DNA from: a virus | Lineage: Duplodnaviria > Caudoviricetes | IMG/VR virus record: IMGVR_UViG_3300020042_004628 | Coordinates: 1 to 24,482 of that record | Strand: one strand, 5' to 3' | DNA length: 24,482 nucleotides | In this document: positions 8,941-16,471 of the stretch, one piece after another | Layout: the number at the start of each line of letters is the position of its first letter | Numbering within the stretch: position 1 is the first letter of the stretch | Translations under genes and position numbers: made by a program | Notes under the pieces: generated by a model | The model's database searches: none | Told to the model about the DNA's origin: nothing | What the model saw: the letters and a program-made list of their open reading frames with translations, nothing else

Positions 8941-9079
8941 TTTCTGTCCCCGTTTCTTTTAGTTTATGTTGTTCAACACTGCATTTCATACCAAACATAA
9001 TCGCGTCAAAAATATTAAACTTCTCGACCTTATCATGTTCTTCTACTTGTTGCTTTATAGCTTCATCATTAGTCTTCAC
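8927..9079 (-). CDS. Small hypothetical protein (50 aa, not in ORF track)
   Basis: AGGAGG then GTG at 9079; MKTNDEAIKQQVEEHDKVEKFNIFDAIMFG...; fills gap. Confidence 0.55.
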   Translation of the reverse strand: MKTNDEAIKQQVEEHDKVEKFNIFDAIMFGMKCSVEQHKLKETGTENDGH

Positions 9080-9350
9080 ATCGTCCTCCTACACAAGCAC
9101 GTCCGATGATCTCGTTTTCTAAATCGTTATATGCGTCAGCTTGAATTAAATGATCTTGATACTTCTTTAATCGGTCATACAATCTATGCTCGGTCTCAAC
9201 GCTATAAGCATTTACAACAAAGCCTTTCTCTCTTAATGGTTCAGCTAATACTGTATTGACGTGGTCACTAGGTTCAACACCCCATTTAACTACCTCGTCA
9301 TACTTCGCGTCTTCCATTGATACTTCTAACACTAAACTAAACTTTTTCAT
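9069..9350 (-). CDS. Hypothetical protein with C-terminal CVGGRCED
   Basis: AAGGAG RBS, 93 aa. Confidence 0.7.
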   Translation of the reverse strand: MKKFSLVLEVSMEDAKYDEVVKWGVEPSDHVNTVLAEPLREKGFVVNAYSVETEHRLYDRLKKYQDHLIQADAYNDLENEIIGRACVGGRCED

Positions 9351-9359
9351 ATGTTCTCC

Positions 9360-9605
9360 TTATAGAAACCAACTGCCAAGTAATACACCCACTAATAACC
9401 ATGCACCATAACGCACCCAACTCTTTTCTATTTCGACCCATGACTCTGCGCCTAACTTATTTTGTATTTCTTTTTCAATTTTAGCTTGTTCTTTGTTAAA
9501 CTTTGTTAGGTTTTTATCAATCCGTTTTTTACCTAACTTTCTCATGCGTTGATAGTCATGGGTTAAGTCGTTTAACTTGTCTTCAATATTAACTTGTTGT
9601 CTCAT
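9360..9605 (-). CDS. Hypothetical coiled-coil protein with C-terminal TM anchor
   Basis: GAGGAG RBS; ends WLLVGVLLGSWFL. Confidence 0.65.
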   Translation of the reverse strand: MRQQVNIEDKLNDLTHDYQRMRKLGKKRIDKNLTKFNKEQAKIEKEIQNKLGAESWVEIEKSWVRYGAWLLVGVLLGSWFL

Positions 9606-9819
9606 CTTTTTTCTCCTCGAAGTTTTTTAATGATTGCATATACTGATTTGTTGCATAATTAATACCTCGTATTACACCAAGTCGCATCGCATCATAAAAC
9701 ATCTTTGCATGTTTCTCTGACCTTACATCTTCATGCGCCTCGACCCAATGGTAATACTCGGCTACCGCTACTTCTATAATGTCTTGCTCAAACTTGCGTT
9801 TCTTTTCTTCGGGCGTCAT
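9589..9819 (-). CDS. Hypothetical protein
   Basis: GGAGG RBS, 76 aa. Confidence 0.65.
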   Translation of the reverse strand: MTPEEKKRKFEQDIIEVAVAEYYHWVEAHEDVRSEKHAKMFYDAMRLGVIRGINYATNQYMQSLKNFEEKKDETTS

Positions 9820-9983
9820 TGATATATCCTCCCTACTCCGTTTAAAATACTCTGTAAATCTTTTGCATCGAAATCAGTCTTGTTAAATGCAAACGGCGAT
9901 TTTCTACCATTGGCGTGTTTAACGTAGCCTGTCACTACTACTTGCTCGACTATAATTTGTTTCTCTTTTTTCTTGTCTGTCAT
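9816..9983 (-). CDS. Small hypothetical protein (55 aa, not in ORF track)
   Basis: MTDKKKEKQIIVEQVVVTGYVKHANGRKSPFAF...; ATGA overlap with next gene. Confidence 0.6.
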   Translation of the reverse strand: MTDKKKEKQIIVEQVVVTGYVKHANGRKSPFAFNKTDFDAKDLQSILNGVGRIYQ

Positions 9984-9986
9984 TTT

Positions 9987-10187
9987 TTATTCCCTATCGT
10001 ATTTATAGTATTTTAAATCGGCCATGTAATCGTCTATTAATTTGTAATACTTTAATGTTGCTGGATTTACACCCGCTTTTATTAATGTTTCATGCAAGAG
10101 CAAAGCCAATGTAGTCTTTTTTTGATGTTTACCAAACCACTTATTTTTTTTATGCCATGCTAATGCTTTCTTACTAGTAGTCACCAT
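9987..10187 (-). CDS. Small protein resembling a phage head-scaffold C-terminal domain
   Basis: Start probably ATG 10187 (GGAG 6 nt upstream); motif KALAW..KNKWFG....T.LAL.LHETLIKAGVNP....YY..ID..M. Confidence 0.6.
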   Translation of the reverse strand: MVTTSKKALAWHKKNKWFGKHQKKTTLALLLHETLIKAGVNPATLKYYKLIDDYMADLKYYKYDRE

Positions 10188-10422
10188 CGGGGTCTCCATA
10201 TTTTTGTGCTTGGTTTTCTAGTATATCACGATTGACTTCGTATTCAACCTCATCTAACACGCCCTCGATGTCACTTCTTGCTTGTCTAAAATGATCTTCT
10301 AGGTTAAGCGTATCTTCTGTGCCGTCTTCCCAACGGAAGCCTATCCACCATGATTTAATTCTCAACGGCTCTTGCGGTGAGGGCGGGTCTAAGTCGCGTT
10401 CTAATCTATCTATATCGCTCAT
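10174..10422 (-). CDS. Acidic hypothetical protein
   Basis: GAGGAG RBS, 82 aa. Confidence 0.65.
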   Translation of the reverse strand: MSDIDRLERDLDPPSPQEPLRIKSWWIGFRWEDGTEDTLNLEDHFRQARSDIEGVLDEVEYEVNRDILENQAQKYGDPDGDY

Positions 10423-10528
10423 TTATTTTCTCCTCTAATTGTTTTAATAATGCCTTGTTCTCGTCTTTTAATGTAGCAACCTCGTTTGTTGCCGTCACAT
10501 ATAACTCATACAATTCATCAAAGGTCAT
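10406..10528 (-). CDS. Small coiled-coil hypothetical protein (40 aa, not in ORF track)
   Basis: GAGGAGG RBS, ATGA overlap; MTFDELYELYVTATNEVATLKDENKALLKQLEEKINERYR. Confidence 0.55.
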   Translation of the reverse strand: MTFDELYELYVTATNEVATLKDENKALLKQLEEKINERYR

Positions 10529-10707
10529 CTTACTTCCTCCTCGATGTGATCTTTATAAAATTGTTCTACCACTTCATTAGGCATATTATTCCAACCTTTC
10601 CAACCATCTCTTATAATATACTCCATGTCTTGACGACCCGCGCCGTCTTGCAACCAATCGGTTTCATACTTAATACACGCTTCACGTTTTTCTTCGATCG
10701 TAATCAT
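10525..10707 (-). CDS. Hypothetical protein
   Basis: AGGAGG RBS, ATGA coupling. Confidence 0.65.
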   Translation of the reverse strand: MITIEEKREACIKYETDWLQDGAGRQDMEYIIRDGWKGWNNMPNEVVEQFYKDHIEEEVR

Positions 10708-10889
10708 TTGCTTGCCTCCTGTTCGTTTATATAACTTTCCATGTTAACGATTGTGACTTGTTCTTTACCCTCATCAAACAATTCACTTGCCATTCTGAAT
10801 GCCCCCTTGCGTGTTAAGTAGTAAGCATTAACTTCCATGTCTGCCATTTCTTCTTCGCAATACACGCTATATATTTTTTTATTACTCAT
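10704..10889 (-). CDS. Hypothetical protein
   Basis: GAGGAGG RBS, ATGA coupling. Confidence 0.65.
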   Translation of the reverse strand: MSNKKIYSVYCEEEMADMEVNAYYLTRKGAFRMASELFDEGKEQVTIVNMESYINEQEASK

Positions 10890-11164
10890 CGTCTTGCCTC
10901 CTCGTGCATAAACTTCATTTGTTTATCAATCTCGTCTAGTTCTTTTTCTTCTTCCTTACTTCTCATGCGTCTTTGCATTCGTGCGTTCCACTCATCATTA
11001 TCTTTTTTCCATTCGTCGTAATGATATTCTTTAAACCATTCATCAAAATAAGTCCCGTCCTCTAAGTAATACAATAATGAATCCCCGTTGTTAATGTGAA
11101 AGTCACTATTGGAATACATATACTCTATAAACTCTTTTTCATACTTTTCTTGTGGGTCAATCAT
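10886..11164 (-). CDS. Acidic hypothetical protein
   Basis: ORF 10886..11176; ATG at 11164 after GAGGA is the likelier start. Confidence 0.65.
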   Translation of the reverse strand: MIDPQEKYEKEFIEYMYSNSDFHINNGDSLLYYLEDGTYFDEWFKEYHYDEWKKDNDEWNARMQRRMRSKEEEKELDEIDKQMKFMHEEARR

Positions 11165-11348
11165 CGTATTCCTCATTATTTAAAGTTTTTAAAATAAACT
11201 CTGCCCATGACTTTGCTCGTTTCTCGTCAATCAATGAAACTATATCTATCCCCATATCATCGGCGACCTCGTTAGCTTCTTTTAAGTCTTTACATTTACC
11301 CAAAGAATACATATCGCCCTCATCACTTATGCCATACCATTTACTCAT
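11157..11348 (-). CDS. Acidic hypothetical protein
   Basis: GGAGG RBS, 63 aa. Confidence 0.65.
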   Translation of the reverse strand: MSKWYGISDEGDMYSLGKCKDLKEANEVADDMGIDIVSLIDEKRAKSWAEFILKTLNNEEYDD

Positions 11349-11349
11349 C

Positions 11350-11601
11350 TTAAACCCTCCAAGTATTCTTAATAAATTTTAAACATCTATTTAAGTTTCC
11401 CTTTTCAAAATAGTGTTCAGCTATTGTGTATGATCTCTCTCTGTATCCTAATACCTCATAGCTAACCCCTTCATTACTTTCATCGGCGCGAATAGCATCA
11501 TAAGTTTTATCTAAAGCCCACGATAAGTTTTTTGTGCTAACTTCGCTTGATAATAGGATATTTCTTAACCGCTTACTTATAACCCACTCAAACGTTATCA
11601 T
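11350..11601 (-). CDS. Hypothetical protein
   Basis: AAGGAG RBS, 83 aa. Confidence 0.65.
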   Translation of the reverse strand: MITFEWVISKRLRNILLSSEVSTKNLSWALDKTYDAIRADESNEGVSYEVLGYRERSYTIAEHYFEKGNLNRCLKFIKNTWRV

Positions 11602-11758
11602 TCTTGGTCTCCTTAAAGAATGCCTCTTTTAATCCTTTGCCATATGGGTCTGTCTTTGCTTTGTTTGTTATCCTTACCCATATCTCATGCCTAGCAAATA
11701 GTTCTAGCGCGTCTTCTAAATTATCTATTGACGCCGTATCGTCTTTATACTTAATCAT
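11588..11758 (-). CDS. Small hypothetical protein (56 aa, not in ORF track)
   Basis: AAGGAGG RBS; MIKYKDDTASIDNLEDALELFARHEIWVRI...; fills gap. Confidence 0.6.
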   Translation of the reverse strand: MIKYKDDTASIDNLEDALELFARHEIWVRITNKAKTDPYGKGLKEAFFKETKNDNV

Positions 11759-11966
11759 CTTTGTCCTCCTTATGTTCTGTAATCTCTGCCTCGTCCCAAA
11801 AAGTTTCGTAATTGTCTGAGTCTACTGCTTGATAATCACTTGATACATAACTTCCGTCCATAGCTTTTCTAACTGCTTCATCTTCGTTATCAGCTTCAAC
11901 TATGTAAGTGTGTTTTTCAAATACTCTTGCTACGTTATCCACTAAAACTTTAAACTTCTTCATCAT
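11751..11966 (-). CDS. Acidic phage protein with VEAxxExEA motif
   Basis: IVEADNEDEAVRKA; 20 of 71 residues are D/E; GGAGG RBS. Confidence 0.7.
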   Translation of the reverse strand: MMKKFKVLVDNVARVFEKHTYIVEADNEDEAVRKAMDGSYVSSDYQAVDSDNYETFWDEAEITEHKEDKDD

Positions 11967-12156
11967 TTGCCTCCATTTGTAATAAAGTATCCATAACGTC
12001 CCAACCCAACTCTATAAGTCTGTCGGCTATATGCCTTTCATTGCCTTGTAGCCATTCCTCACACTTTTCTAATGACCATGCACCATTGATAGATTTCACA
12101 TCTTCTGCTCGCCATACTACCTTTGCATACTCATCACCATATAAATTACTCATCAT
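11950..12156 (-). CDS. Conserved phage hypothetical protein
   Basis: GAGGAGG RBS; W.AEDV...GWDV motif. Confidence 0.7.
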   Translation of the reverse strand: MMSNLYGDEYAKVVWRAEDVKSINGAWSLEKCEEWLQGNERHIADRLIELGWDVMDTLLQMEANDEEV

Positions 12157-12347
12157 ACTTCCTCCTCTGCGGGTTCAAATTTTTCTGCCGTCCACATATT
12201 ACTTATGCAATTATTCATGCGTTTAGTGGCTTCTATAGCTATGCTAGACATAAGAAAAACATAGTGGTCATCATCAACGCCCTCTATTTCTTCTGCGTCT
12301 TGCATCGCGTTTAAGACGTTGTTATATATTTCGTTGGCTCTGTCCAT
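12153..12347 (-). CDS. Hypothetical protein, first gene of second early operon
   Basis: AMQDAEEIEG motif; TAGAAACGGGG leader; directly downstream of promoter at 12380-12424. Confidence 0.7.
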   Translation of the reverse strand: MDRANEIYNNVLNAMQDAEEIEGVDDDHYVFLMSSIAIEATKRMNNCISNMWTAEKFEPAEEEV

Positions 12348-12379
12348 ATCAATCCCCGTTTCTATTATTGAGGTCTACG

Positions 12380-12424
12380 ATTATCTCAAACTTGTTTTTA
12401 CGTTGTCAAGTATTATTTTACAAT
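12380..12424 (-). promoter_or_regulatory. Strong sigma70-type early promoter (copy 2)
   Basis: TTGACA (12409-12404), 18 nt, TGa-GATAAT (12385-12380); 22 bp at 12403-12424 identical to 17259-17280. Confidence 0.75.
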
Positions 12425-12434
12425 TATTTTGTAG

Positions 12435-12542
12435 CCCCCGTTTCTAAGCCGACCTGGTTGGTGTCCCCGTTTCTAGTCCCCTTTTCTTAATCGTTCCCGT
12501 TTCTAGCCCCCGTTTCTTTTTCGTAATTTGCCCCCGTTTCTA
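12435..12542. repeat. Array of five CCCGTTTCT(A) direct repeats plus one degenerate copy
   Basis: Cores at 12437, 12466, 12496, 12509, 12533; degenerate CCCCTTTTCT at 12478; no consistent ORF. Confidence 0.85.
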
Positions 12543-12568
12543 ATGAAGCCAGTTCTTTAGATTTTGCA

Positions 12569-12584
12569 CATTAAATATTTAATG
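12569..12584. repeat. Perfect 16-bp palindrome CATTAAATATTTAATG
   Basis: Self reverse-complementary; intergenic. Confidence 0.85.
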
Positions 12585-12618
12585 CGTGGACGAAGTGAGA
12601 GTTTTAGGGTAAAGAGAT

Positions 12619-12643
12619 ATAACCCTATTGTGAGTAGGGTTAT
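12619..12643. repeat. Inverted repeat ATAACCCTA-N7-TAGGGTTAT
   Basis: 9-bp perfect stem. Confidence 0.75.
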
Positions 12644-12649
12644 TCAGTA

Positions 12650-12677
12650 GAAAAGGGACGGGCATGGGTAGCCCGTC
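12650..12677 (-). terminator. Probable intrinsic terminator of the first operon
   Basis: GACGGGC-N7-GCCCGTC stem followed by CCTTTTCT on minus strand, about 35 nt after the peptidase stop; short U tract. Confidence 0.6.
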
Positions 12678-12710
12678 GAGGTTGGAGTCGGTCATTATTT
12701 TGTGGCGGGT

Positions 12711-13742
12711 TTAATAGTGATAAGGTGTGCGGTCGAGTGGTGCGTCGAGGTCGTCGTTCATGGCGTCCATTGGGTAGTATTGCGCCTCCTCCATGTATTG
12801 AATTTGATCGACTAGGTCATAGATCACCCCCGCTATATCGTCGGGCTTGGCACTCTTAACCCATTTTAATAATGACTTAAAATCGGTATATAGTAGATCA
12901 TCATAGGTTGGGAGATCGTGCGACATGGTGCGATTGTGTGCGCCATAAAATGAATATAGTGGACGCGGTTCGGGTTTTCTGACAACGGGGAGGGCTTGGC
13001 GTTTCCAATCATAAGCGAGGATTGTGTCCCTCATTCTTAACACGTGCGCCGTGTCTAAAGTTTCCGCGCTTGTGTGTTCTGACTGATAGCCTATCGAGAT
13101 ATTAAGACACTCGGGGACGAGGTGCGCATATTCGGCGGTGTCTGTATATATGCCCGTCGTGTCGAGTTGAAAGTCTTTTCCGAATAGCTTAATAAGTGCG
13201 TGACCTAGTTCATCAGAGGCGCAACGTCCGCCCCGTTGGTGTGTGATGATCGAGGTTGTCCCGCGTCTATCAAACGCGACCGCGTGTGTAAATTGTTTTA
13301 TATAGTCGGCATGTAGTTCTGCGATCTGTGATGAACCCCACCCCCCGCGTTCCTCTCCTCTGTGAAATATATATGTTCCCTCGACGTTGGCGTCGATCAT
13401 TTCAAGCATTAAGAAAACCCCCGCGCCGTCATCTGCGCCCAAACAATCGGAGGCTTGATCTACGAACGCCGTGCCGAAAGTATCTAGGAAAACTTCTTGC
13501 GTGATAAGTTCGGGCGTTGAGTTGTGCATGGTGTCAATGTGCGCACTCCATAAAATATTCGTCTTTGCTTTTTTATTGTGGTTGTCGTAAATATACGCGA
13601 GTGTTTCGCCGTCCTCGTTGGTTAGCGTTTTGAAGTCTTTAAAATAAGCGTTTATAAAATCTCTCTCGCCCTCGCTTTCATGTTGGCGTCGATAAGTAAG
13701 AATGTTTAAAAGTCTGTCGATTGGTTTGTTAATTGTTTTCAT
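12711..13742 (-). CDS. M28/M20-clan zinc-dependent peptidase/amidohydrolase
   Basis: SAHIDT, LGADDGAG, GEERG, AFDRRG and EH metal-ligand/catalytic motifs; GAGGA RBS. Confidence 0.88.
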   Translation of the reverse strand: MKTINKPIDRLLNILTYRRQHESEGERDFINAYFKDFKTLTNEDGETLAYIYDNHNKKAKTNILWSAHIDTMHNSTPELITQEVFLDTFGTAFVDQASDCLGADDGAGVFLMLEMIDANVEGTYIFHRGEERGGWGSSQIAELHADYIKQFTHAVAFDRRGTTSIITHQRGGRCASDELGHALIKLFGKDFQLDTTGIYTDTAEYAHLVPECLNISIGYQSEHTSAETLDTAHVLRMRDTILAYDWKRQALPVVRKPEPRPLYSFYGAHNRTMSHDLPTYDDLLYTDFKSLLKWVKSAKPDDIAGVIYDLVDQIQYMEEAQYYPMDAMNDDLDAPLDRTPYHY

Positions 13743-15555
13743 TTTGTTTAATGTCCTCTGTTGATGTTGTTGTATTTAGGGCGGTGTCGGAGTTGTCCTC
13801 GTCGTCCTCTGCCTCTGCGTCAATCTCTGCTTGTATTCTTTCCGCGTCGTCGGTGTGACATTTTGTCCCGTCGCTTAATTCGTGGACGTCGTCCGTGTGT
13901 GCTGATTCGTTGCCGTCGGCGTCCGCGTGGTCAATGCTTGTCGTATAGTCACAATAGATAAAACCGCGCAACGTCATAACGAGATCGTCTATGTGGTAAT
14001 AGTCGCCCGACTCCTCACAAGCATAAATATCATGCGCGGATAAATCGCAGTCCTCATGGAAAGCGTCATCATTAGCCCATATAACGTGGTCGTTGTGGAC
14101 GTAGTCTTGATTATTGTTATCGATCCAAGCATAAGAATAATTATTATCACAACAATGTCGGCATATATAGTCGCCGTGTGAAGTGCTTACCATGTCGTCG
14201 TTGTGTTCTATGTCCCCACAGGCGTCGCACTCGCTCATGTCCTCGTCCTCCACGTCGTCCGTCCAGCCGTTCGTCATGGTTAAACTTAAATCGCCGTGCG
14301 TGTTGATCTCGATATAAGTTCTGTTGTCAATGTCCACAAGTTCGCCCGATTGTGCCGAACCCTCCGAGCCGTTGCCGTCCACTCCCGCGTCGATATATGG
14401 TGCGACAAAAATGTCGTCCTCGTCCTCATGCTCGATCATCTGCAACAAACACCCGTCGAGGTTGCCGTGAGTGTATCCGTTTGCTTTTAAATATTGTTGG
14501 AGGTATTTCCCCTCCGTTGAGCCGTTGGCGTCGGGGTAGATTCTAACGTATTGTTTGAAGTCCTCCCGCACTATGCAACGCGCTAAAATTTCACCCGCTA
14601 GGCTTTGAATATATGCCAAGCGTATTACCGATTTGTCATGCGCATAAACTCGAACGGCGTCTGTGCCTTTCATACACGAACCCGCTAAACAATCGCGGTA
14701 TATGCGGACGAACCCCTCGGCGTCGGTGCTTTCAATGTATTTAACTTCCCACCCTGTGCGACTTGCGACTATCGCGTTGTATTTCTCGACGGCGTCCTTG
14801 ATCTCTGTTTCTGTTATGCCGATAAAATCCTTGAACGAGGTTAAATATTTACCCAATTTTGTCACGACCTCGCGCCCGTCCCTCAAGTGTTTTAATGTTG
14901 GATAGTGCGCTATCTGTAGAGGGTTCATTAAACTAACGTGGACGCGGTGCAACCAAAAAAGATAGCTTATGTTTTGGCTTTGCTCGTTGTTTATGCCGAT
15001 CGAGTTCCAAGGCATAAAAACCCACTCACCCGTGTTAAATTCTTGGTCGATCTGTTTAATGCGCGGTTCGAGTTTGTCCCGCACCTTGTCGAGTTGTTCA
15101 ATCCTCTTTATGTATTCACAAGCGCGGAGGGTGTAGTCGAGGTTTTTCCGTTCTTGTTCTACGTCGGGCGGGTTGCGCACGTCGCTGATAGTTTTCGCGA
15201 GTATTGTCCCGTTGATTTTATAATAGGCGTCCGTCCCGCCTAGTCGGTAATAATCCGAGCGCGAGTATTTAGTTTTGCGTAGTTGTTCGCGTTTCGCTCT
15301 TTCGTCTTTCTCGAGTTGATCGTTTAAGAATAGGCGGACGTTGTTTTGTCGGTGTTCGCTTTGTTGTTGGTGCATAAGGGCGTAGTCGTTGGCGTTCGCA
15401 TAGAATAAAGGCACTCGCGCCCAAAATGTATCGCCGTTTTGAAACCCTTTTGTTATGCCGTGATATTTTAAAAGGCTAGGGGTGCGAGGCGTGTTTATGT
15501 TTAAGTTAGTTTCTATTATGCGTTTGAAGTCCGTTTTAGTTTGTTCCAAGTTCAT
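13729..15555 (-). CDS. Large phage protein with central 'SCM...ARCIV...RIY...PYID' domain and acidic Cys/His zinc-ribbon C-terminus
   Basis: ORF 13729..15573; ATG at 15555 after GCGAGG is likelier; CDAC..ICRHCC..CEES motifs; function unknown. Confidence 0.75.
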   Translation of the reverse strand: MNLEQTKTDFKRIIETNLNINTPRTPSLLKYHGITKGFQNGDTFWARVPLFYANANDYALMHQQQSEHRQNNVRLFLNDQLEKDERAKREQLRKTKYSRSDYYRLGGTDAYYKINGTILAKTISDVRNPPDVEQERKNLDYTLRACEYIKRIEQLDKVRDKLEPRIKQIDQEFNTGEWVFMPWNSIGINNEQSQNISYLFWLHRVHVSLMNPLQIAHYPTLKHLRDGREVVTKLGKYLTSFKDFIGITETEIKDAVEKYNAIVASRTGWEVKYIESTDAEGFVRIYRDCLAGSCMKGTDAVRVYAHDKSVIRLAYIQSLAGEILARCIVREDFKQYVRIYPDANGSTEGKYLQQYLKANGYTHGNLDGCLLQMIEHEDEDDIFVAPYIDAGVDGNGSEGSAQSGELVDIDNRTYIEINTHGDLSLTMTNGWTDDVEDEDMSECDACGDIEHNDDMVSTSHGDYICRHCCDNNYSYAWIDNNNQDYVHNDHVIWANDDAFHEDCDLSAHDIYACEESGDYYHIDDLVMTLRGFIYCDYTTSIDHADADGNESAHTDDVHELSDGTKCHTDDAERIQAEIDAEAEDDEDNSDTALNTTTSTEDIKQNENN

Positions 15556-15925
15556 GTTGAACCTCGCTTTCATGTTTAAGTTGTTCTAGGTTTTTAGAAT
15601 TAACTGCGGGTTCTTGGTCGATCATGTTTTGATCGGTGTGACTAGGTTCTATTAAACTAAATAAATGTGCTTTTTTATGTTTCACGCCGTCGCGCAAGTT
15701 AGTTTCTAGGTTCTTTGTTGCGTGGTGCGCGTTTGCCATGTCCGCCTTTGTGGGTTGGTAGTAAAAAATAAATTTTACTTCGTGGCCGTTCATTGTGCCG
15801 TCGATAATGTTCACACTAGGCGCGGTTGGTTTCGTGACCTCGTAGGCTTTTTGTGGGCGGAGTTGGTTTCGTAAAATTTCTATTGCGTCGTGTCTTTGTT
15901 GCGCTTGGGTTGGTGCGGTTTTCAT
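15536..15925 (-). CDS. Hypothetical early protein
   Basis: 129 aa, ACGAAAGGCACAAAATG leader. Confidence 0.7.
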   Translation of the reverse strand: MKTAPTQAQQRHDAIEILRNQLRPQKAYEVTKPTAPSVNIIDGTMNGHEVKFIFYYQPTKADMANAHHATKNLETNLRDGVKHKKAHLFSLIEPSHTDQNMIDQEPAVNSKNLEQLKHESEVQHELGTN

Positions 15926-15987
15926 TTTGTGCCTTTCGTTTTAGTGTTTTTAAGGTTTTGAGGCTTTCACAATCGCTCTATGAACGA

Positions 15988-16149
15988 TTATTTTTTGGGG
16001 GTTGATGTCTTACTATGTCCCTTTTCGATCGTTTTGTTTGCTTGTTCGAGGTATCGAACGGCGTCTTGGTATGCCCTCGAGGTGTCGGGCGTTAAGTGTT
16101 TTGTAAGTAGTGCGTCGAGGTATCGAGGGTGCGCGTTTTGTTTTTTCAT
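15988..16149 (-). CDS. Small hypothetical early protein (53 aa, not in ORF track)
   Basis: ACGGAAGGCACAAAATG leader; MKKQNAHPRYLDALLTKHLTPDTSRAYQDAVRYLEQANK... Confidence 0.6.
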   Translation of the reverse strand: MKKQNAHPRYLDALLTKHLTPDTSRAYQDAVRYLEQANKTIEKGHSKTSTPKK

Positions 16150-16274
16150 TTTGTGCCTTCCGTGAGTTCGTTTAATTTGTCTTGGAATTCTTCAAGCATA
16201 AGTTCGGTGTCGTAAATTTTCTTGCCTGTGTCCTCGTCAATGTAAAAATAAATTTCTTGCTTGATCGTTTTCAT
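16146..16274 (-). CDS. Small acidic early protein (42 aa, not in ORF track)
   Basis: ACGAAAGGCACAACATG leader, ATGA overlaps on both ends; MKTIKQEIYFYIDEDTGKKIYDTELMLEEFQDKLNELTEGTK. Confidence 0.65.
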   Translation of the reverse strand: MKTIKQEIYFYIDEDTGKKIYDTELMLEEFQDKLNELTEGTK

Positions 16275-16471
16275 GTTGTGCCTTTCGTGAGTTTAGTTTT
16301 AAAGTCGTTGAGTGCGGTTTCGATCTGTCGAATTGATAGACGAAGTTTAAACGCGGTTTCGTAGGTGTTATTAAAAAGCAGAGTTGAGAGAATGACGCGC
16401 TCGGAAGTTGAAAGCGCGTCGGGGTTATTTAATGCCCTCTTTATTTGAGGGCGTAGGTGTTCGAGTGTCAT
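16271..16471 (-). CDS. Hypothetical early protein
   Basis: GAGG RBS, ATGA coupling. Confidence 0.65.
   Translation of the reverse strand: MTLEHLRPQIKRALNNPDALSTSERVILSTLLFNNTYETAFKLRLSIRQIETALNDFKTKLTKGTT

Noticed and set aside
12435-12542. Mini-CRISPR or repeat-encoded peptide
   Set aside because: Repeat is only 9-12 bp with irregular spacing (13-30 bp); reading frame is not maintained across copies.
13761-15243. Plus-strand ORFs opposite the 614-aa gene
   Set aside because: Antisense shadows in GC-richer DNA; no RBS or recognisable motifs.
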